Shown piece by piece: positions 6,709-13,294 of a stretch of 13,294 nt of DNA; the stretch's first letter is position 1; each line of letters starts with the position of its first letter. The stretch is taken from contig JALVPN010000109.1 of assembly GCA_027031765.1 (NCBI GenBank), positions 1 to 13,294 on the forward strand. Reading direction: 5' to 3'. The notes beneath the pieces are model-generated. The model was not told the origin of the DNA. It saw only the letters and a list, made by a program, of their open reading frames with translations, and did no database searches. Both the position numbers and the translations under genes were made by a program. The stretch is from Promethearchaeota archaeon. Lineage in GTDB: Archaea > Asgardarchaeota > Thorarchaeia > Thorarchaeales > Thorarchaeaceae.

Positions 6709-8910
6709 CTATTCCCACGCCTCGTTGCTGCGTGGGAGGGTCTCTTCGGGTGGCTCGGTGTCGACATACTTCTCCACAAGCGCCACAACATCCGGCAGCA
6801 CGTCGAGCCCGAGTTCCCTGAGCTTCTCAAGCGTTGGTACACCGTTCCGCGTCCAGCCGCGCCTCTTGTAGACCGCATCGGTCAGCAGACGGTACCTCTC
6901 CTCTCTGTACTCGCGCAGCTTCTGACGTTTCTCTGTCGTGCTCATACCATCGATGTCGATGCCTATCTCTCTGAGCTGTTCATCGTAGCGTTCCTGCCGG
7001 CTCTCGTACTCCCAGTCGGTGACCGGGCCCATGCTCCTGTACGGCGGGTTCGAGTCGTGGATGCGGAGCCCCTTGCCCTGTCGGATGTTGAAAATCCTCT
7101 GGAAGTTGTAGACACGCTCAGACATCTTGATGAGGTCGTCCGGGGTGACCTCCTTGCCGGTCATTGCGCTGAAGAACTCGGCATAGAACGCGAGGTGGCC
7201 CGGCACCTTCGCTGGCTCGTCGGTTTCCTTGTTGTCCGCTGGCACCACATCGTTCCAGGGCAGCTTGCACAGCCCGTTCAGGCTGAACCACGTCCTCCAC
7301 ATGGGGAACCAGTGGAGTGCCTCTGCCTTCTGCTCGAAGGTGGGCATGTAGTTGTAGACCATGTCCAGGAATATCAGCCAGGCCTCGTCATGCTGGGGTC
7401 CCTTGAGGGTCAGGCCATAGCCACCCTGCTGCGCGAGGCTCTCCTTGGTCACATACTCGCTGTACTCCAGGCCCTTGTGTTCCATACCAATGTCCTGCAT
7501 CACGTCCTCGGGCACGCCGAACTGCTTGCCGAAATACCCCTTGAGATACCTGATCCCCTTGCTGAAGTGCTCGGCCCCAAAGCCCTCGCCCCTGGCGATC
7601 TCATGGAGCACCTCCAATGCCTCCTCAGCAGCGCCCCACTTCAGCCTGTGTCCTCCTGTGGCCTCTTCGTTGATGTACCCCTCTTCAAAGAGCTCCATCA
7701 CGAATGCCATGGTCGTGCCGAAGCTTATGGTGTCTATCCCGTAGGCATCGCAGTAGAAGTTCAGTTCGGCCACCCAGTGTGGGTCGAACACGCCGATGTT
7801 GGAACCGCAACCCGCAATGGTCTCGTACTCGGGCCCGTCAACTGTGACCTTCTTGCCCTTGAAGGGACCAGTCCTTGGGACGAAGCCCTCGATGCAGTGT
7901 GAACAGTTTATCGCGCACGAGATCCAGCAGCCGTCCCAGCCCTTGCCAGTGTTCGTGAATATCTTCTCCCACACGTCACCGAACAGCGCCTTGGCCTCCG
8001 GGTCGCTACCGGTCCTGAAGTTCCGTGTCGGCAGGAGATCGAACTCGTCCATTATCGACGGCAGGTGAGCAGTACCGATGACTCTCATGCGGTTCTGTTT
8101 CGGGTCGAGCTGGACAATCTCCCTCGAGTGTGCCACCCCGACTCTCTTGAGCCGGTCGGGGTCTGCAGGGTTGTTCAGGGCCACATTTACCTTCGACCGC
8201 TTTACCACCAGCGCCTTGAGCCGCTTGTTGCGGAACACCGCCCCCGTGCCACCACGTCCGGCCTGCTTGTACCGTGTCACCCCGCGCTTAGCGTCGTACC
8301 ACGAGAAGTTCAGACAGGCCATCCATGCATGGTCGCCACCGGGGCCACAAGACACCACTGAGATGTCACGGCCCTTGTCGCCAGTGTGCCGCTTGGTCAG
8401 GACCCTCGTTATGTCGTAGGCGTAGTCTGGCAGGTCGGACGCGTCCCTTATCTCCACGCGCCCCTCATCGCCGTCAATGAAGATGTACACATCCCTGTCC
8501 GCCTTCCCCTGTATCTCAAGGGCGTCGAAACCGGCGAACTTGAGGTAGGGGCCAAAGTAGCCACCAACGTTGCTGTCAATCGGGATGCCGGTCTCAGGCG
8601 ATATCGTGGTCACTATCGACTTCCCGGCGCCGGGGTATAGCGGGACCCCTCCGAGAGGGCCACAGGCGATGCAGAGCTCGTTCTCAGGGTCGTCCCACTT
8701 CACCACCCGGTCTGATGGGAGGGCCTTCCACATCAGCCACAGGTCAAAGCCCTTACCACCCGTGAACAGCTCCTTCATCGTAGCGTCCACAGGTCTGATC
8801 TCAATAGCGCCTGTCGACAGGTCTATGTATAGCGTCTGGTCTGCATAGCCCCTATTGAGCTCCGGGACCTCATACGTGAACTCCTTGATTGCCACGCTGC
8901 TCACCTTCAA
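6709..8910 (-). CDS. aor: Aldehyde:ferredoxin oxidoreductase (tungsten AOR/WOR family), long ~730-aa type
   Basis: Motifs include GYADQTLYIDLS, GGKGF, DSNVGGYFGPYLKFAGFDAL, AGRGGTGAVFRNKRLKA, the Cys cluster CWISCAINC, GPEYET, CDAYGIDTISFG, GPQHDE and LCKLPW. The start is TTG 8910 or GTG 8904. Substrate specificity is unknown. Confidence 0.9.
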   Translation of the reverse strand: MKVSSVAIKEFTYEVPELNRGYADQTLYIDLSTGAIEIRPVDATMKELFTGGKGFDLWLMWKALPSDRVVKWDDPENELCIACGPLGGVPLYPGAGKSIVTTISPETGIPIDSNVGGYFGPYLKFAGFDALEIQGKADRDVYIFIDGDEGRVEIRDASDLPDYAYDITRVLTKRHTGDKGRDISVVSCGPGGDHAWMACLNFSWYDAKRGVTRYKQAGRGGTGAVFRNKRLKALVVKRSKVNVALNNPADPDRLKRVGVAHSREIVQLDPKQNRMRVIGTAHLPSIMDEFDLLPTRNFRTGSDPEAKALFGDVWEKIFTNTGKGWDGCWISCAINCSHCIEGFVPRTGPFKGKKVTVDGPEYETIAGCGSNIGVFDPHWVAELNFYCDAYGIDTISFGTTMAFVMELFEEGYINEEATGGHRLKWGAAEEALEVLHEIARGEGFGAEHFSKGIRYLKGYFGKQFGVPEDVMQDIGMEHKGLEYSEYVTKESLAQQGGYGLTLKGPQHDEAWLIFLDMVYNYMPTFEQKAEALHWFPMWRTWFSLNGLCKLPWNDVVPADNKETDEPAKVPGHLAFYAEFFSAMTGKEVTPDDLIKMSERVYNFQRIFNIRQGKGLRIHDSNPPYRSMGPVTDWEYESRQERYDEQLREIGIDIDGMSTTEKRQKLREYREERYRLLTDAVYKRRGWTRNGVPTLEKLRELGLDVLPDVVALVEKYVDTEPPEETLPRSNEAWE

Positions 8911-9254
8911 TCACGGCGCCCCTCTGTCCACACCAGCGGCGCCCACGCGCCTGCCTGCTCTTCTCCCATTTTAGTGTTGCCTTGTGCTGCACCCGTGTCC
9001 TCTAGGGGTGCCGTCCGTATTCGCGGGTGCTGTCCATGGTCATCCCGACCCGTCATCTCCTCTCCCACGGTATCTCCTTTTCCACGGTGATGGGGCCCGG
9101 TCTGTCCCTGAAACTACGCACGGTCGTACCATGCCGTGCAGCTCGTGGCCTGTGAACACGTGTGTGGAGTGCGTGTCATGCTCGGCCCCCCATTTCTTTC
9201 CATTTGTGACACAACTGCCACTAGGAGTGTCGTGATTCGTCACTCTGGGGCAAT

Positions 9255-9274
9255 GTTGATGGATATAATTCAAC
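9255..9274. promoter_or_regulatory. AT-rich TATA-like core flanked by a 5-bp inverted repeat in the divergent aor/hdr intergenic region
   Basis: GTTGA-tggATATAAt-TCAAC; the core is TATA-like on both strands. Confidence 0.25.
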
Positions 9275-9409
9275 TCGACAAGATTAAAGGAGTCTGGGCG
9301 TTTCAGCCGCGACCGTAGTTACAGGTCTTAATGGCACAGGCTCCGACATGGCGATACTAGTAATCGCCAGACGGAAGGACGAGCAAACGACCATACCGGA
9401 GGTCAACTT

Positions 9410-12166
9410 GTGACTGTCGAACACGCATCCAAGACGAGTGCCTCACCTGAGAGTGCAGGCGGGGTGTCAAGAGAGGCCCTTGTCGTCGGTGGAGGCGTGG
9501 CAGGCATGCAGGCGGCCCTTGACATTGCGAACCAGGGCTACAAGGTCTATCTCCTCGAGCGGTCACCGTCCATAGGTGGGCGGATGGCCATGCTCGACAA
9601 GACGTTCCCCACACTGGACTGTTCTGCATGCATCCTCACGCCGAAGCTGAGCGAGGTCGCACGACACCCGAACATAGAACTACTGACATGTTCCGAGGTC
9701 AAGTCGGTCAAAGGAGAGGCGGGCAACTTTACAGTTGAGGTCCTCAAACGGGCCAGGTACGTTGATGTCGACAACTGCTCCGCCTGTGGTGAGTGTACCG
9801 ATGTCTGCCCTGTGGAGGTGCCCAACGAGTTTGACTGGGGCATCGGGTTCAGAAAGGCCATCTACGCACCGTTCCCACAGGCAACGCCGAACGCGTTCAC
9901 TGTCGACAAGCGCGGCGAACCTGCCTGTCGCGCCAACTGTCCAGCAGGGGTGAACGTACAGGGCTTCATCACCCTGATGCGCAACGGCAAGTTCGACAGG
10001 GCGCTTGAGATAGTGCGTGAGGCCATCCCCTTCGCCGGCGTCCTCGGACGCGTCTGTGTGAGCTACTGCGAGGAGGAGTGCGAACGCGGCATGGTCGACG
10101 AGGCCCTGCGGATCCGCGACCTGCACAGGTTCCTTGCAGACTACGAACGCATGAATGGCCGGACAAAGCCCGAGGTCAAGACTGACAAGAAGGAGAAGGT
10201 GGCAGTGGTCGGGGCTGGGCCCGCTGGCCTCAGCTGTGCGTACCACCTGGCACGGATGGGCTATCCGGTCACAGTGTTCGACGCCAAGCCCGAGCCCGGT
10301 GGTCTGCTCAGATACAGCATCCCAGAGTACAGGCTACCACGTGACGTCCTCGATGATGAGGTCCAGTACATCAAGGCCCTCGGTGTCAAGTTCAAGATGA
10401 AGACCAATGTCAAGTCCATAAAGGAGCTCTTCGACAAGGGCTTCAAGGCGGTGTTCATTGCCACCGGGGCCTCTGTCAGCAGGAGGCTCAAGCTCCCCGG
10501 CGAGGACGCAAAGGGCGTGTACCACGCAATCGACTTCCTCGAACGTGTGTCAAAGCACGAGCCAGTAGAGATTGGTGAGAAGGTCGCCGTTGTCGGTGGC
10601 GGGGACGCTGCCATTGACTCTGCAAGGGTGGCGCTCAGGCTCGGTGCAAAGGAGGTCACGATCATCTACAGGCGTTCCTTCGTGGAGCTGCCTGCCATCA
10701 AGTCCGAGGTCGACGACGCCATGGCCGAGGGCATCCGGTTCATGCTGCTGACCAACCCGGTGGAGGTGCTCACCTCGGCCGACGGCCGGATGACCGGTGT
10801 GAGGTGCGTCAAGATGCGCCTCGGTGAGCCGGACAGTTCTGGCAGGCGCCGGCCAGTGCCAATCCCCGGTTCCGAGTTCACAATCGCACTTGACAACCTG
10901 ATAGTGGCCGCCGGACAGGTCGCTGACCCGGAGGGCCTACACCGGGAGGTCAAGTGTCACGAGCGGTGGGGTACCGTCGAGGTCGACCCGATAACCATGG
11001 CGACAGACACACCAGGCGTGTTCGCTGGGGGTGACGTTGTCCTCGGCCCGGCAACAGCAGTGAAGGCTGTCGGACACGGCCGCGCAGCTGCGGTCTCCAT
11101 TGACAGGTACCTGCGTGGTGAGGACATCTCTGAAGGACGCGTGTCGACACGTCGTCGGGTGCAGTCCTACGAGGTGGACAAGTCCGGTGTCGAAATCGAA
11201 CACCGTGTCCCAATGCCTAGGGCACCACCCGCGGTCCGGAGCGACAACTTCGGAGAGGTCGAGCTGGGCTTCAATGAGGAGAGCGCTGTTGTGGAGGCGG
11301 AACGCTGTCTGGGCTGTGCTGTGTGTTGCGAGTGCAAACTCTGTGTCGAGGCGTGCACCCGGAATGCCATCGACCACGACATGGAGGACGAGGTGGTCGA
11401 GCTGAACGTGGGTGCCATCGTCATTGCCACCGGTTACAAGCTCTTTGATGTCGATGAGTACCCGCGGCTCGGCTATGGTAGGTACAACAATGTCATCCAT
11501 GCCATGGAATACGAACGGCTCATCAACGCGTCAGGGCCCACCGCTGGCAACCTGATCCGCCTCAGCGACGGGAAGATTCCCCAGGACATAGCCTTCATCC
11601 AGTGTGTAGGTGCCCGCGACGTCCCCAAGGGTGTCCCGTACTGTTCCCGCGTGTGCTGCATGTACGGTATCAAGAACGCAGTGATGGCAAAGGAGCACCA
11701 CCCGGACACTAAGGTGACGGTCTACTATGCAGACATCAGGGCCTTCGGGAAGGGCTTCGAGGAGTTCTACGAGATGGCACGCACTCGCTTCGGTGTGCAT
11801 TTCGTGCGTGGTCGCGTGGGGGAGGTCGTCGAGGACAAGACCACTGGCAACCTGAGGCTGCGTGTCGAGGACACTGAGACCGGTGAGGTAGTGGAGGTCG
11901 AACATGACCTTGTAATCCTCAGTCCCGGCATCCAGCCGCCCCAGGGCCTCGAGGAGATTGCAGCAGAGCTCAACATGCAGCTGTCAGAGGACGGATACGT
12001 ACAGGTACTTGATGAGATCACCGCGCCCGTTGACACCCTGACTCCGGGCGTCTTCGTGTGCGGGTGTGCTGACAGTCCGAAGGACATTCCAGACTCGGTG
12101 TCGGCCGGCAGTGCGGCTGCCATGAGGGCCACGATCATCCTGTCCCAGGGAGAGGAGGGTGCATAG
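9410..12166 (+). CDS. hdrA: HdrA-like flavoprotein with inserted GltD/NfnB-like NAD(P)H-binding module (HdrL-type)
   Basis: HdrA motifs: VVGGGVAG, LDKTFPTLDCSACIL, CSACGECTDVCP, RKAIYAPFPQA, VGAIVIATG, EYERL, CVGARD...YCSRVCCMY and SPKDIPDSV. The insert (aa ~168-636) carries CRANCPAG, GRVC...CEEEC, VGAGPAG, VGGGDAA and YRRS. SD GGAGGT (9398-9403) precedes GTG 9410. Confidence 0.92.
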   Translation: MTVEHASKTSASPESAGGVSREALVVGGGVAGMQAALDIANQGYKVYLLERSPSIGGRMAMLDKTFPTLDCSACILTPKLSEVARHPNIELLTCSEVKSVKGEAGNFTVEVLKRARYVDVDNCSACGECTDVCPVEVPNEFDWGIGFRKAIYAPFPQATPNAFTVDKRGEPACRANCPAGVNVQGFITLMRNGKFDRALEIVREAIPFAGVLGRVCVSYCEEECERGMVDEALRIRDLHRFLADYERMNGRTKPEVKTDKKEKVAVVGAGPAGLSCAYHLARMGYPVTVFDAKPEPGGLLRYSIPEYRLPRDVLDDEVQYIKALGVKFKMKTNVKSIKELFDKGFKAVFIATGASVSRRLKLPGEDAKGVYHAIDFLERVSKHEPVEIGEKVAVVGGGDAAIDSARVALRLGAKEVTIIYRRSFVELPAIKSEVDDAMAEGIRFMLLTNPVEVLTSADGRMTGVRCVKMRLGEPDSSGRRRPVPIPGSEFTIALDNLIVAAGQVADPEGLHREVKCHERWGTVEVDPITMATDTPGVFAGGDVVLGPATAVKAVGHGRAAAVSIDRYLRGEDISEGRVSTRRRVQSYEVDKSGVEIEHRVPMPRAPPAVRSDNFGEVELGFNEESAVVEAERCLGCAVCCECKLCVEACTRNAIDHDMEDEVVELNVGAIVIATGYKLFDVDEYPRLGYGRYNNVIHAMEYERLINASGPTAGNLIRLSDGKIPQDIAFIQCVGARDVPKGVPYCSRVCCMYGIKNAVMAKEHHPDTKVTVYYADIRAFGKGFEEFYEMARTRFGVHFVRGRVGEVVEDKTTGNLRLRVEDTETGEVVEVEHDLVILSPGIQPPQGLEEIAAELNMQLSEDGYVQVLDEITAPVDTLTPGVFVCGCADSPKDIPDSVSAGSAAAMRATIILSQGEEGA

Positions 12167-12167
12167 A

Positions 12168-12668
12168 TTGAGCAGTGACCCACATAACCCCACATCCAGT
12201 TTTGCCCAGGAGGTGGCACGGGAGCCTGGTGGAGAGGACATCAACAAGTGTGTCCAGTGTGGTATCTGCAGCGCGAGCTGCCTCGTCGCCACCTACGAGC
12301 GGCGCTACCGACCACGACAGCTAATCCAGAAGATCCTGCTCGGTGAACGCGAGGAGGTGCTCAGGAGTGAGCTGCCGTGGTTGTGCATGACCTGCAGGCT
12401 GTGTGAGGAGCGGTGCCAAGAGGGTGTCAGCATCTCTGAGATCTTCCATGCGGTGCGCCAGATTGCAGCACGTGAGGGCTTCATTCCCAACACCTTCAAG
12501 CGTACCATAAACACACTGATGGAAGACGGGTGGCTGCTCAAGGACGCCTACTCGGACATGATAGAGGACGACCGTGACGACTTGGGCCTGGACACCGACC
12601 TCGGGTGGAACAACGAGTTCGTGAAGCGCGTCAAAGAGCGCTACCTTGAAGGAGGTACATCATCATGA
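12168..12668 (+). CDS. hdrC: Heterodisulfide reductase subunit C (2x[4Fe-4S])
   Basis: Two ferredoxin motifs, CVQCGICSASC and WLCMTCRLCEERC. It lies between hdrA and hdrB. The likely start is TTG 12168, one nt after the hdrA stop (the track gives GTG 12159). Confidence 0.88.
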   Translation: MSSDPHNPTSSFAQEVAREPGGEDINKCVQCGICSASCLVATYERRYRPRQLIQKILLGEREEVLRSELPWLCMTCRLCEERCQEGVSISEIFHAVRQIAAREGFIPNTFKRTINTLMEDGWLLKDAYSDMIEDDRDDLGLDTDLGWNNEFVKRVKERYLEGGTSS

Positions 12669-13294
12669 AGGAGTACGTCATGTTCACGGGGTGCACAACC
12701 CCTGTCCGGCTGCCCTCCTATGAGGCGTCGGTGAAGCTCGTACTTGAGAAGCTGGGTGTCAGAGTGTCGACCATGACTGATGCCAACTGTTGTGGCGCCC
12801 AGTACGTCGAGTCGGTGAGCCGCACGGCCTTCGCCGCCATGAGTGGGCGCATCCTCGCCATCGCAGAGAAGATGGGCAAGGACCTGCTCCTCATATGTGG
12901 TGCGTGCTCGGGCTCAATCAAGACCGTCAAGCACGAGCTCGATCACGACAAGGAGCTGCGGGACGAGGTCAATGCGCTGCTGGCCGACGAAGACCTCAAG
13001 TACACTGGCAGTGTGGAGGCAAAGCACCTGCTACAGGTCTTTGACGAGGACATCGGCTATGAGGCAATCGAGGCAGCCATTGTCCGTCCGTACCCAAAGA
13101 GCGTGCGTCTTGCAGCCCACTACGGGTGTCACGTGACCCGGCCATACGAGATAGTGCATGTCGACGACCCGGAGAACCCCACAATAATCGACAGGATAAT
13201 TGAGATTGCCGGCGCGACCGCTGTGGACGATGTGGGCAAGACCCGCGCCTGCGGTGGCCCGATGGTGGGCATCGATGAGAAGCTGGCCAGCAAG
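12665..13294 (+). CDS. hdrB: Heterodisulfide reductase subunit B (CCG domains), 3'-truncated by the window edge; absent from the ORF track because it has no stop
   Basis: Translated by hand from ATG 12665, which forms an ATGA overlap with the hdrC stop: MKEYVMFTGC(10)...NCCG(42-44)...CGAC(78-81)...HYGC(155)HVTRP...KTRACGGP. The frame is open for 210 codons to the window end. Confidence 0.92.
   Translation, partial: MKEYVMFTGCTTPVRLPSYEASVKLVLEKLGVRVSTMTDANCCGAQYVESVSRTAFAAMSGRILAIAEKMGKDLLLICGACSGSIKTVKHELDHDKELRDEVNALLADEDLKYTGSVEAKHLLQVFDEDIGYEAIEAAIVRPYPKSVRLAAHYGCHVTRPYEIVHVDDPENPTIIDRIIEIAGATAVDDVGKTRACGGPMVGIDEKLASK

Noticed and set aside
8984-9318. Three short ORFs in the aor/hdr intergenic region
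   Set aside because: They overlap each other, lack SD signals and motifs, and the region looks like a divergent promoter.
9620-9631. Selenocysteine recoding or a SECIS linked to HdrA
   Set aside because: The position that is Sec in some HdrA proteins is TGT Cys here (DCSAC), there is no in-frame TGA, and the 3251-3330 hairpin follows a gene with no TGA to recode.
521-12166. Frequent TAG stops suggesting pyrrolysine or stop-codon reassignment
   Set aside because: The TAG codons fall at the expected C-termini of the VIT, gelsolin, Roadblock, AOR and HdrA proteins, so they act as ordinary stops.
9357-12541. Many antisense and off-frame ORFs overlapping hdrA and hdrC, and likewise aor, dcyD and the PAS gene
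   Set aside because: These are shadow ORFs expected in GC-rich coding DNA, with no recognisable motifs.

Overview
A GC-rich (roughly 60% by eye) archaeal chromosomal window, most likely from an Asgard archaeon. This is inferred from a single-domain gelsolin, a stand-alone Roadblock/LC7 protein, GGTGA/GGAGG ribosome-binding sites and an HdrABC set; Thorarchaeia is a guess. Left to right: a 5'-truncated VIT1/CCC1 (TIGR00267-like) membrane protein; a PLP-dependent D-cysteine desulfhydrase-family enzyme; two coupled unknown minus-strand ORFs, the second apparently broken by a 1-nt frameshift; a one-domain gelsolin; a small winged-helix regulator; a Roadblock/LC7 protein with a 3' hairpin and candidate upstream operators; and a wHTH-PAS-PAS regulator. 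Next comes a coiled-coil protein built from a near-perfect mosaic of 33-bp and 21-bp tandem repeats and fused to a PD-(D/E)XK-like domain. The right half holds a tungsten aldehyde:ferredoxin oxidoreductase-family gene and, divergent from it, an operon of HdrA with an inserted GltD/NfnB-like NAD(P)H module (HdrL-type), HdrC and a 3'-truncated HdrB whose second CCG motif reads ACG. I recognised no rRNA, tRNA, CRISPR array or mobile element. All family calls come from motif recognition, not database searches.
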